A program made the translations under genes and the position numbers. From IMG/VR virus record IMGVR_UViG_3300028558_000016, positions 372,001-436,000 of that record: a DNA stretch of 64,000 nt; one strand, given 5' to 3'. Shown here one piece after another: positions 45,828 through 54,945 of this stretch (position 1 is its first letter; each line of letters starts with the position of its first letter). The notes below the pieces were generated by a model. It saw only the letters and a list, made by a program, of their open reading frames with translations, did no database searches and was not told where the DNA came from.

Positions 45828-45973
45828 ATGTCCTTAGCTCAGTGGTTAGAGTATTATGCTGATAAAAGGTTTTAGATCTTGTAATGGAAAAATATCACGG
45901 CTCATAACCGTGGTACCAAAACAAAAATTTAAAATGCACATAAGGGTCGGTGGTTCGAATCCATCAGGACATG
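45828..45973 (+). tRNA. tRNA (GAT) with about 73-nt insert carrying a nested CAT anticodon arm
   Basis: ATGTCCT/AGGACAT; TTATG-CTGATA[insert with CACGG-CTCATAA-CCGTG]A-CATAA. Confidence 0.65.
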
Positions 45974-45982
45974 CATAAAAAT

Positions 45983-46056
45983 GCCCGCGTAGCTCAACTG
46001 GATAGAGCACCTGACTACGGATCAGGAGGTTTAGAGTTCGAATCTCTACGTGGGTA
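45983..46056 (+). tRNA. tRNA-Arg(ACG)
   Basis: CCTGA-CTACGGA-TCAGG. Confidence 0.92.
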
Positions 46057-46060
46057 CATT

Positions 46061-46134
46061 GGTTTTGTAGCTCAATTGGATAGAGCAATTCCGTCCTAAG
46101 GAAAAGGTTATAGGTTCGAGTCCTATCAAGATCA
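46061..46134 (+). tRNA. tRNA-Arg(CCT)
   Basis: TTCC-GTCCTAA-GGAA. Confidence 0.85.
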
Positions 46135-46139
46135 CAAAT

Positions 46140-46212
46140 GCCTGCGTAGCTCAGTGGACAGAGCGCCGGTCTTCGGAACCGGGCGTCGGGAGTTCGAATC
46201 TCTCCGTGGGTA
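46140..46212 (+). tRNA. tRNA-Arg(TCG)
   Basis: CCGGT-CTTCGGA-ACCGG. Confidence 0.9.
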
Positions 46213-46236
46213 CTGAAGTAAAATGGAATTAAATAT

Positions 46237-46326
46237 GCCCGTGTAGCCGAGGAAGTTTTCTAAACTTTTATCCGTAATTGGAGCTGCGTCTCACGACTAA
46301 TGGGGGTTCGAATCCCTCCACGGGTA
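46237..46326 (+). ncRNA. D-arm-less rearranged tRNA-like RNA, anticodon TCT (Arg)
   Basis: GCCCGTG/CACGGGT; GAAGT-TTTCTAA-ACTTT right after the acceptor strand. Confidence 0.62.
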
Positions 46327-46341
46327 CTTAAAATTAAAGTT

Positions 46342-47505
46342 ATGAAAATTGATATTGATAAAATAAAACAGATCCCCAAAGAGATTTCGGAAGAATTTGG
46401 GATGTGCGTCTATGGACCAATCTCAGATGAGATTAAGGCATGGATGGAATTCCATGGTATGCAATCGCAAAACATGGGAAATTATACAAACATCTATACA
46501 GATAAAAACATTATTGATCTGTTCAATAAACCAGAACCATTTGAATACATCGATGGGTTCAGTCCAAACCTAAACAAGAATCTTCACATTGGACACTTCT
46601 CAAATTTAGTTCTTGCAAAGGCTTTCGTCTCTCTTGGAATAGCAAAGAAGACTGTGGCAATATTGGGAGACACGTTAGAAGGGGATGTTTCAAAGGAAGA
46701 TGCGTTGAACAACTACAATGAGATATGTGAGAAATTCTCATACCCCGTAGATAAGATGTTCATGGCTTCTGAAATGGAATCTGATTACAACCTCGTGGAT
46801 GGTGTTCATGAATATGAAGGAACCAAAGTGTTCTATCTTGATACGCCATTAGTTGGAATCAAAAGCGATGGGTCAACAACATATTTCTATCAGGACGTTG
46901 CATTGGCACAAAAATTAAATGCTCCAACATTATATCTTACAGGAAGCGAACAGAACGGACATTTCAACAGCTTAAAGGAAATGTTTCCTAAAATAAAGCA
47001 CATTGGACTTGGACTTGTAAAAGCAAAAGGAGGAAAGATGTCAAGCAGACTCGGAAATGTTATTTGGATGCAAGATGTCATCGATGAAATGATGAGCAAC
47101 TTTCAAGACGAAAAAGTGTGCTATAATGTTTTTGCAGGATTTATTTTGAAATCAACTCCTAAGTCTGAAAAGAACATAGACATATATCAATTGGACAATC
47201 CATTGAATTCACCTGGATTGTACTTAAGCTATACGTTAGCAAAACTAAAAAGCGCTGGAGTGAAATGTGAAGGAAAAACATTCACCTCTCAAGATCTTCA
47301 ATTCAAATACATGAAGGCCTTGAACTCTCTTTCTCCAAATATTTTGCTTGAAGGTTTAATTGATCATGCAAAGAAGATAAGCGGTTTATACATCACTCAC
47401 AAGATAAAAGATAATGCGGTGAACCAGTCCATGTTTGAAATATTGGGTTCAGATTTATTATTAGGAATGAGCCTCCTGGGTTTATTTGATGTTGACAAGG
47501 TTTAA
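46342..47505 (+). CDS. argS: compact arginyl-tRNA synthetase
   Basis: FSPNLNKNLHIGH, KSDGSTTYFYQDVA, EQNGHF, KMSSRLGN, YLSYTLAK. Confidence 0.9.
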   Translation: MKIDIDKIKQIPKEISEEFGMCVYGPISDEIKAWMEFHGMQSQNMGNYTNIYTDKNIIDLFNKPEPFEYIDGFSPNLNKNLHIGHFSNLVLAKAFVSLGIAKKTVAILGDTLEGDVSKEDALNNYNEICEKFSYPVDKMFMASEMESDYNLVDGVHEYEGTKVFYLDTPLVGIKSDGSTTYFYQDVALAQKLNAPTLYLTGSEQNGHFNSLKEMFPKIKHIGLGLVKAKGGKMSSRLGNVIWMQDVIDEMMSNFQDEKVCYNVFAGFILKSTPKSEKNIDIYQLDNPLNSPGLYLSYTLAKLKSAGVKCEGKTFTSQDLQFKYMKALNSLSPNILLEGLIDHAKKISGLYITHKIKDNAVNQSMFEILGSDLLLGMSLLGLFDVDKV

Positions 47506-47562
47506 TTAATTTTTCGTAAATTAGTCTTGCGCATCTATTTATAAACTGATAATCTAAATCAA

Positions 47563-48519
47563 ATGGCAACCAAAACATCTAAAGCCGCAACAGGAACCGT
47601 GAAAGCACGAACAGCAGGAAGAAAAGCAACGACATCAACAAAGACACCAATGAAAGCAGAAACTACATTGGAACCAAAAAAGGCCTCGAAGATTAAAATA
47701 AGTGGAAAAGAAGTTACATTGAACGGGTATTTTAAAATTGAATTGGGAACCTTTTCGATTTTAAAGCACAACATCCGAAACAACATAAGCACTCTTTTAA
47801 TAGGTCCAACAGGACTTGGAAAAACAGATGTCGCAGTTAACATTGCGTCTGTGCTCGATGTTCCTATAACCATATTTGATATGGGAACGATGACTGACCC
47901 CATCATGGGACTTGTTGGAACTCACGTCATAGAGGTTAAAGATGGAAAAACATATTCTGAATTCAAGAAAAGCAGATTCTCTGACGTCATCCAAAAACCA
48001 GGAATAGTTTTATTGGATGAGGTCAATCGTGCTGCATCAGCCGCTAACAACTTATTATTTCCTTGTTTAGATTTCAGAAGAGAGCTTCCAATGGAATATT
48101 CGTTTGGAGATACTAAGCCAATTCCAATTCATCCTAAATGTGTTTTCTTTGCAACGGCAAATATAGGATCTCAGTATACCGGAACTCACAAGCTTGACAG
48201 AGCATTAATCGATAGGTTCATGATTATTGCAGTTGATAGTCTCAACACTCAACAAATTATGTCCACGTTAGAAGTGACTCATTCTAAATTAAGTGAGACT
48301 GACAGAAAAAAGATTGTTGACATTTACAACAAGATAAACAAAGAGCATGACGATTTCAAAATAGGTTTCAATTTGTCAATACGACATTTGAAAACTGTTG
48401 CGACACTTGTGCAAAACAAGTTCACGATATATGATGCGTATTATGCAATATGCAAAGGACTTGGTGGACCAGAAGGATTAAAAGCTATTGAATCGATCTT
48501 AAGCACCTCTAAAAAATGA
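47563..48519 (+). CDS. MoxR/CbbQ-like AAA+ ATPase
   Basis: GPTGLGKT, LLDEVNR, ATAN, LDRALIDRF. Confidence 0.9.
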   Translation: MATKTSKAATGTVKARTAGRKATTSTKTPMKAETTLEPKKASKIKISGKEVTLNGYFKIELGTFSILKHNIRNNISTLLIGPTGLGKTDVAVNIASVLDVPITIFDMGTMTDPIMGLVGTHVIEVKDGKTYSEFKKSRFSDVIQKPGIVLLDEVNRAASAANNLLFPCLDFRRELPMEYSFGDTKPIPIHPKCVFFATANIGSQYTGTHKLDRALIDRFMIIAVDSLNTQQIMSTLEVTHSKLSETDRKKIVDIYNKINKEHDDFKIGFNLSIRHLKTVATLVQNKFTIYDAYYAICKGLGGPEGLKAIESILSTSKK

Positions 48520-50255
48520 TAGGATTTGATATTACAGGAAAGAAATCAAAAAGCGTAACTAAATGGGAAGACTCATTGTTTGGAGGCTATTACAGAACTG
48601 TAATGGATTACCCGGACGTGAAAGTTCACAGCAACGTTGATTTTGATTTTGGAACCATAGCGTATGGAAGTTACTTTTTAAAAGAGAAGATCTTGAAGAT
48701 TTTCTTATCTAAGGTTAAAACACACGGTTACACTACAAAGCTTTTGGATAACTGTACTGTCGAAAGAAAACGAGATGCATGGGGTGATGAAATCACTGAG
48801 GCCACCGTAGATAATAACAGCAAGCTCAGTACAATAAGAGCTGTGATTGCAAGAGAACCAGAGTTTGCTCCTATGTTTTCCCATTATATGAAGTTTATAA
48901 TGGACACCAGAATTTACTTTTACAAAAGCAATTCTAAAGCTCCAAGCAATGGGACTGGTTCTTCAGACGACGATTTTGAAGAATTTAAGGATGAAAACGA
49001 AAATGACGAATCATCCGGAAAATCAGAAGAAGAAAAATCTAAAAACGGAAACTCCGGTAAAGGCAAAGAGAAAGAGAAAGAAGAAGAGAAACCAGAAGAA
49101 ACCAAGGATGAAAGCTCTGGTGATGGAGAAGGAGAAGAAAAAGAGGAGCCAGAAAATTCCGAATCTGATGGTTCAAATTCTGAAGAAGAAAAGGAAGAAG
49201 AAAAAGGAGATGGAGAAGGAGAAGGAGAAGAAAAATCTCCAGAGGATAAGGCGTTGGAAGATAAATTAGAAAAAGAACTTGAGAAAAGGAAACAGGAAAT
49301 AGAAGAACGAGAACAGAAGGCAAAACAAAAACCTGTCAAAAAATTAACTCAGGCTGAAATAAATCAAATCCAAGAATCTTTCAAAAAGGCCATTCAAAGT
49401 ATAGTTGAAGAGTCCATTGTTCATAGCTACATTTCAGGATTTAAAAAACCTGTTAAAGTAATTTTTGAACGACCAAATGTTAGAGACACTGAGTTTAATT
49501 ACGAAGACAAAAGAATAGCCGAGAATCTCGTTAAGATGCTCGACATTTCATTTGACCCAGCGAAAGAAATAGTAAAGAACTTGCGTCTTGGCAAATTGGA
49601 CATATCAAAGATTGCAGAGGTTCCAGCCGGAAATATTGCCATATACAAGCAGGATGTGGAAAATCAAACGACTAAACCATTTAGCATTGTAATATTATGT
49701 GATGAGTCAGGAAGCATGGGTTCTGGACATGAATACAAAGGACGTGGCGATAAATTGTATTCGCAATATAGAATAGTCAAACAATTGTACTTGGCATTTT
49801 CTGACATCATTCCACAGAATAAACTCTATGTGTATGGACATTCGGGATCAGAAGAACCTGAGCTTTATGTTTATCAAGATTCTTATCGTCCAAATTTTAC
49901 CAAGACGATTGATCACATGATCCACAACCATAATCACCATTCCAATTATGATGGACCTGCAATAGAAGAAGTTTACAATCAGGTAAGAAATTCCACCGAT
50001 GATAGAATAATTTTTATTTGTCTTTCTGATGGTCAACCTGCTGGAAATAATTATGGAGGTCACGATGATCAATTGAAAATGAAACAAATAATTGAAAAAT
50101 GTAAGAGGGATGAATTCGTGACTGTTGGTGTTGGAATTCAATATTTCACCGTAAAGAATCTTTATCAATACAGCACGGTGGTAACTGATCTGGATGAAAT
50201 GGCTAAGAAAGTGAGTCACATAGTCAATCACGTGGTCAAAAGTGAGTTTCAATAA
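48516..50255 (+). CDS. VWA-domain partner protein with acidic linker
   Basis: DESGSM MIDAS, LSDGQP; E/K/G-rich linker. Confidence 0.85.
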   Translation: MIGFDITGKKSKSVTKWEDSLFGGYYRTVMDYPDVKVHSNVDFDFGTIAYGSYFLKEKILKIFLSKVKTHGYTTKLLDNCTVERKRDAWGDEITEATVDNNSKLSTIRAVIAREPEFAPMFSHYMKFIMDTRIYFYKSNSKAPSNGTGSSDDDFEEFKDENENDESSGKSEEEKSKNGNSGKGKEKEKEEEKPEETKDESSGDGEGEEKEEPENSESDGSNSEEEKEEEKGDGEGEGEEKSPEDKALEDKLEKELEKRKQEIEEREQKAKQKPVKKLTQAEINQIQESFKKAIQSIVEESIVHSYISGFKKPVKVIFERPNVRDTEFNYEDKRIAENLVKMLDISFDPAKEIVKNLRLGKLDISKIAEVPAGNIAIYKQDVENQTTKPFSIVILCDESGSMGSGHEYKGRGDKLYSQYRIVKQLYLAFSDIIPQNKLYVYGHSGSEEPELYVYQDSYRPNFTKTIDHMIHNHNHHSNYDGPAIEEVYNQVRNSTDDRIIFICLSDGQPAGNNYGGHDDQLKMKQIIEKCKRDEFVTVGVGIQYFTVKNLYQYSTVVTDLDEMAKKVSHIVNHVVKSEFQ

Positions 50256-50272
50256 TTTTTTGTATATTAGCT

Positions 50273-50545
50273 ATGTTCTTTGACACGATACAAAATATTC
50301 TTCTCGCAAAGAGAAAGAGAAAAGAGTATGGATATACAGCAGTAGGAGAATTGCTTAGAAATGTTCATGGAACTGAAGCAAAAATAATAGATGTTATTTT
50401 TAATCCGGCTGGATCCATTATAAAATTTGCTTACGATGATGACATGTTCTATTATACAACAATAGAGAAGCTCCAGACAAAATATTTTAAGATGATTGAA
50501 TATTCTTCTGGTAGAATGTCAAATGAAGAATATGGAAATGAATAG
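50273..50545 (+). CDS. hypothetical protein
   Basis: ORF track. Confidence 0.55.
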   Translation: MFFDTIQNILLAKRKRKEYGYTAVGELLRNVHGTEAKIIDVIFNPAGSIIKFAYDDDMFYYTTIEKLQTKYFKMIEYSSGRMSNEEYGNE

Positions 50546-50618
50546 GTCCCGTAGCTCAGCTGGATAGAGCACAGGTTTTCTAAACCTGCGGTCCTTGGTT
50601 CGAATCCAAGCGGGATCA
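50545..50618 (+). tRNA. tRNA-Arg(TCT)
   Basis: CAGGT-TTTCTAA-ACCTG; GGTCCCG/CGGGATC. Confidence 0.92.
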
Positions 50619-50622
50619 CAAA

Positions 50623-50862
50623 ATGGAGAAATTTTTTAGCGACATACAGAAACACATCCTAATCGTCAGAAAAGGAAAGATGATGGGAAAGGAACTCAGC
50701 GATAAAATAAAAGATTTATCCTCAGTTACTGACAAAATGAGAAAAAATTTGTTGAACGATCTTGAAACAAAATTTGGAATAAGGATTGAAGCAATGACAA
50801 CAGTGACATTCGATAAAAATGGAAAAGTTAAAACGGAAAGAATAATAGATTTTAAGGAATAA
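50623..50862 (+). CDS. hypothetical protein
   Basis: ORF track. Confidence 0.55.
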   Translation: MEKFFSDIQKHILIVRKGKMMGKELSDKIKDLSSVTDKMRKNLLNDLETKFGIRIEAMTTVTFDKNGKVKTERIIDFKE

Positions 50863-51203
50863 TGGAAATAATAATGTTTATACTTGGAGCAGCCACGGTG
50901 CTGTTCATTCAGTTTTTAATGAAGAACAATTCTACAAAGAAGGTGATGAAAACTATTTATAACCCAATAGTTGAAGCCACTTATGAGAAAGGAATTATGA
51001 CTGTGAAATATCACAATGGACAAGTTTCTCGATACCAGGGAAGTTCCACAGTGTGGCATTCATATCCATTGATGCACAGGATAGGAACTTTGGGAGAAGG
51101 AAGATTGTGTGATATTTACCAATACATTAAAACTCATGGAAATCCTTATCCAACAGCACACAAGAAATTAGAAGAAGAAAAGAAAAACGCGTTTTACGAA
51201 TAA
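50862..51203 (+). CDS. membrane-anchored hypothetical protein
   Basis: N-terminal TM segment. Confidence 0.6.
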   Translation: MEIIMFILGAATVLFIQFLMKNNSTKKVMKTIYNPIVEATYEKGIMTVKYHNGQVSRYQGSSTVWHSYPLMHRIGTLGEGRLCDIYQYIKTHGNPYPTAHKKLEEEKKNAFYE

Positions 51204-51574
51204 TGTTCATGTACGGATTATATGCAAATGATGAAACCATGCGACAGTATGTGGAATTCATCTGTGCTCAAATAAGCACACGCTGTGGAGCATCCGTTAA
51301 TGCGACCAGCGGTTTTCCTATGAAAGGCTATTACGTTCCCGTTAAGTTGGAAATAAAAGAAAAGCTTTCAAGATCTGCTGAAATGAAAATGACCGTGTTT
51401 GGATATGAAAAAGAATTCATATTCTTCATGAGCAGACACAAGAGTCCTGATTCATTGTTGCATGAGCTCCAAAGAAAGATCGATGAATTGACTTTGGAAG
51501 TAATAAAAGAAAATAACATGGACCAAGACAAAATATACAATGACCATCATCCTTTAAAAAATTTAAAATTATAA
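51203..51574 (+). CDS. hypothetical protein
   Basis: ORF track. Confidence 0.6.
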   Translation: MFMYGLYANDETMRQYVEFICAQISTRCGASVNATSGFPMKGYYVPVKLEIKEKLSRSAEMKMTVFGYEKEFIFFMSRHKSPDSLLHELQRKIDELTLEVIKENNMDQDKIYNDHHPLKNLKL

Positions 51575-51575
51575 T

Positions 51576-52268
51576 ATGTCAGCATTTAATTTAGCAGTTC
51601 CACCACATCCACTATCCTCGTTATTACTAAGAGCAATTAACTGGGCACAGCCTGATGATCCTGAAAAGAAATATCCTATTCTTGGAAGAATGAGATATGT
51701 TTGGATCGATGAAGAGAAAAATATTAAGATTCTGGTTAGAGATGCTCCTGACTCATGGTCAGAGGAAAAGGACGAAGTGATGAAACAAATCAAAGGTCAT
51801 GAAACTTTTGTGAGTGTTGAAGTTTCTGAAAAAGATTCTACACATCTAATTGCCACATTCAAGCCTGTAATGGAAACTTCTTATGACAGAAGCATTCCAA
51901 TGGATGAATTCCTCGATAACATCCACATATTTGATGAGGGTGCTCAATCTAAAGGTTGGCCGTCTCTTCTTGTTGGACCATGGGAATTATTTGATATTGC
52001 TATGGAGAAAATGAAAAATGGAGAGATGAGTCCCAAGATGGAGAGATTTGGTGAGCAATTAAAAGAAATGCTAAATGAGTCGGAAGCGGAAGACAAGCTT
52101 GAAGAGATGACAAAGGAAGCTGGTATTGATGGATTTGAAACTAAGAAAATAAAAGTGATGACAGTCGACAGAGTAGGAAATTTGAGTGATGAGACTGAAA
52201 GATTCATGAAAGAAAATGACAATGGAAAAACTCCTGGACAAGATACAAGCCAAGATACTCGTTCTTAA
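51576..52268 (+). CDS. hypothetical protein
   Basis: ORF track. Confidence 0.65.
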   Translation: MSAFNLAVPPHPLSSLLLRAINWAQPDDPEKKYPILGRMRYVWIDEEKNIKILVRDAPDSWSEEKDEVMKQIKGHETFVSVEVSEKDSTHLIATFKPVMETSYDRSIPMDEFLDNIHIFDEGAQSKGWPSLLVGPWELFDIAMEKMKNGEMSPKMERFGEQLKEMLNESEAEDKLEEMTKEAGIDGFETKKIKVMTVDRVGNLSDETERFMKENDNGKTPGQDTSQDTRS

Positions 52269-52373
52269 GCGAAAGAAACTGGCTAACATTGCAGTTTATT
52301 CAAAAGCTGTAAATGAAAGGTTTTATGGAAACATTACGGTGAAAACATTCACAATTGAATTAAAAATAAAGGA

Positions 52374-52703
52374 ATGAAAATAATTGAAAAGGAAAATAAA
52401 GAGGTAAACGTATTAAAGGATGTCATCTGCGACTGCTGTGGGAAAAGCTGTAACATATTCTTGGAAAAAGATCACCTTGTATCAAATTTCGAGTGCATGA
52501 CACTCAAAGCCAATTGGGGATATGGCACTAAGAAGGATATGGAAAGATGGACTGCTCAAATATGCGAAAAATGCGTGGATGAAAAATTAGTTCCATTAAT
52601 TAAGTTTAAAAAGGAAGATCTCGATTTCAATACCGTTATAGGAACTCAATCAGATTATGGAAATAGATTAGAAGAAGGTCCATATCCAGGAATAGAAGAC
52701 TAA
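52374..52703 (+). CDS. zinc-binding hypothetical protein
   Basis: CDCC...WGYG...ICEKC. Confidence 0.65.
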   Translation: MKIIEKENKEVNVLKDVICDCCGKSCNIFLEKDHLVSNFECMTLKANWGYGTKKDMERWTAQICEKCVDEKLVPLIKFKKEDLDFNTVIGTQSDYGNRLEEGPYPGIED

Positions 52704-52996
52704 TGGAAAAATTTGCAAATAAAATAACCGAATTGCTCGTTTTAAAGAGAAAAAATAACAAAATCTTTAAAAACGTTTCAGGAATGGAATTTATTTGGGA
52801 AATGGCAGCAAATTTTGGAATCCATAATATACAAACTGTTTCTATAATAGCAGAAAAAGATTTTATGACGCCGATGGTAGTTATAAATGGATTGGTTGTC
52901 GGAAACATATCGCGTGAAATGCTTCAGGATATTAAATCTAAAGGTTCACCGCCGGCATGTTGGAATGAGGAAATAATGGAAATAATGGTCCCTTAG
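52703..52996 (+). CDS. hypothetical protein
   Basis: ORF track; TAG stop lies inside the tRNA. Confidence 0.55.
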   Translation: MEKFANKITELLVLKRKNNKIFKNVSGMEFIWEMAANFGIHNIQTVSIIAEKDFMTPMVVINGLVVGNISREMLQDIKSKGSPPACWNEEIMEIMVP

Positions 52997-53060
52997 CTCA
53001 GTTGGTTAGAGCGCCTGACTCATAATCAGAGGGTCGCAGGTTCAAATCCTGCAGGGACCA
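52987..53060 (+). tRNA. tRNA(CAT), elongator Met or Ile2
   Basis: CTGA-CTCATAA-TCAG; GGTCCCT/AGGGACC. Confidence 0.88.
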
Positions 53061-53061
53061 C

Positions 53062-53649
53062 ATGATAACAATTGGTATAGCTGGTGGAATGGGTTCTGGT
53101 AAGAGCCACATAAGCAAAGCATTTGCAAAGAATGGAATTCCTGTTTATGACTGTGATAGCCAAACTAAGGATTTGTTAAACAGGAATGAAAGATTAAAAT
53201 CCAACATGATTTCCGCGTTTGGAGAAGGATGTTATGTTAACGGAAAATACAGCAGAGATTACATAGTCGAATTGGCATCTAAAAATCCTAATGTGGTAGA
53301 TGATACTGGAAAAATAATAGGTCCGTATCTTATTGAAGACTTCAAAACATTTAAAGAAATTAATGAGTCTTTCCATACTCCATTCATTGCTATAGAATCT
53401 GCGATACTTACTAAATCAAAAAAGCTTATGAATGAAATCAATAAGCTTCTTGTGGTGACTGCCCCATTTGAAATAAGAATGGATAGAATTAAAAAGAGAG
53501 ATCCATTTAGAACTGACGATGAAATCAAATTGTTATTAAGCAAACAGCCTGAGATCAAATTGTGTGAAATAGATTTTCTTATAGATAATGATGGAACTAA
53601 AAATGTGGATGATGCCGTTGTGACAATTATTAATGGACTTATTCCTTAA
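53062..53649 (+). CDS. coaE: dephospho-CoA kinase
   Basis: IGIAGGMGSGKS, VYDCD, ESAIL, R...RD, IDNDG. Confidence 0.88.
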   Translation: MITIGIAGGMGSGKSHISKAFAKNGIPVYDCDSQTKDLLNRNERLKSNMISAFGEGCYVNGKYSRDYIVELASKNPNVVDDTGKIIGPYLIEDFKTFKEINESFHTPFIAIESAILTKSKKLMNEINKLLVVTAPFEIRMDRIKKRDPFRTDDEIKLLLSKQPEIKLCEIDFLIDNDGTKNVDDAVVTIINGLIP

Positions 53650-54178
53650 CTATCTGAATGCACTTAGGATTGAAAACGATATAGCTATAAATGTCATCTC
53701 CTTTTAAAACTGTTGCTCCATCATATTTTATGTGAACCATGTTCTTGGCAAATAAATCAGGTTTCCCTTCGTAAAATTCATCAGCTAAAATCTTATAACA
53801 GTTGTGAGCACTTCCACCATTCATGATGTGATCAATGGCTTTGAAATATGCTTCCCTTGCATTGTGATCAAACTTCTTTAATGTCTCATCCTTGTCTGGC
53901 GCATAAGACAACATGTAAACGACGTCATCTCTTTTTGGAGGTCCTTGGTCAGAAACCATTCTTCCTAATTTAAGTTGTGCTTTGGTAACATAGGCTCCAT
54001 GTTTTCTTGCATCATTTTCCTTGGACAAAAATAATATTCCAGACACCTCATCTTTGTGTTCAAACATGTTATCAAACGTGAATCCTTTTTTCACTTCAAT
54101 TCCACCATGATAGCCCACGATCATTTCAGGTCCTACCTTGTCAGGAAATCTTTCTTTGAAACGTTGAATGTATCCCAT
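53639..54178 (-). CDS. ADP-ribosyltransferase-fold-like protein
   Basis: YHG...LFLS...A..HG...YDG...YIVFNP..I pattern. Confidence 0.5.
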   Translation of the reverse strand: MGYIQRFKERFPDKVGPEMIVGYHGGIEVKKGFTFDNMFEHKDEVSGILFLSKENDARKHGAYVTKAQLKLGRMVSDQGPPKRDDVVYMLSYAPDKDETLKKFDHNAREAYFKAIDHIMNGGSAHNCYKILADEFYEGKPDLFAKNMVHIKYDGATVLKGDDIYSYIVFNPKCIQIVKE

Positions 54179-54495
54179 TACTTTTTAAATAATTTCTTTA
54201 AATCATTGATGCAAATCCTCTTCCATACCATGGCGTGCAATTTCAATTTTTTGAAAAAAGACTTCTCGCCAACTTTCTTAATTCTCATCCTTCTTACAAG
54301 CATTCGCTTCTCATTCAAAAGAGCATTCGACATTTCATATTCTTCAAACTGTGTGCAGCTTTTAATCCATCTGTTCAGTAATAAAATCTTTTGATTGTCG
54401 TTTAGCTTTTTTCTTTCAGCAGAGTACCAGGCAAGAATGAATTTAACTTTGTTGCGGCTATTATTTCTATCGTTATTGTTGCTCACGTTATCCAT
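54178..54495 (-). CDS. hypothetical protein
   Basis: ORF track; EEYE motif. Confidence 0.55.
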   Translation of the reverse strand: MDNVSNNNDRNNSRNKVKFILAWYSAERKKLNDNQKILLLNRWIKSCTQFEEYEMSNALLNEKRMLVRRMRIKKVGEKSFFKKLKLHAMVWKRICINDLKKLFKK

Positions 54496-54674
54496 CTATT
54501 CTATATATTCGTGATTTTACGAAGTATTTTTCTATTATGAATATCATTTATTGAATGGAAATTTGCATGGAAATGTCATTTTGTAACTATTTGATAATCA
54601 ATAAGTTACGCAATCATTTTTATATATGGAAAATAGTTAGTATATTTACATTGTAAATCAAAACCAACCAAAAA

Positions 54675-54935
54675 ATGAGTGCAACCAAAGCGTACTATGA
54701 ACAGTTCTTCCAGGAAGAACATCATGATTTTGTAGATGAATCCTCTTATGAAGATTTTCTTCGTATGGAAAGAGAACATCAACAACAAGAATTAAATCTT
54801 CTTGAAATGAGCGTCGAAGAACATGATGAAGAAATCATCGTTCAAAGAAGTCCAAAAACCCAAATAAATTGGGAAGAAAAAGCCAATGAGTTTTTGGCAG
54901 GAAGCAAAACTCCAATTCGTGACTTACCATTTTAA
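54675..54935 (+). CDS. acidic protein ending in DLPF (SSB-tail-like)
   Basis: E-rich, C-terminal RDLPF; follows a strong promoter. Confidence 0.55.
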   Translation: MSATKAYYEQFFQEEHHDFVDESSYEDFLRMEREHQQQELNLLEMSVEEHDEEIIVQRSPKTQINWEEKANEFLAGSKTPIRDLPF

Positions 54936-54945
54936 AATTTAAAAC

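Noticed and set aside
48960-49320. Low-complexity GAA-rich repeat
   Set aside because: Encodes the acidic linker of the VWA protein; not a separate element.
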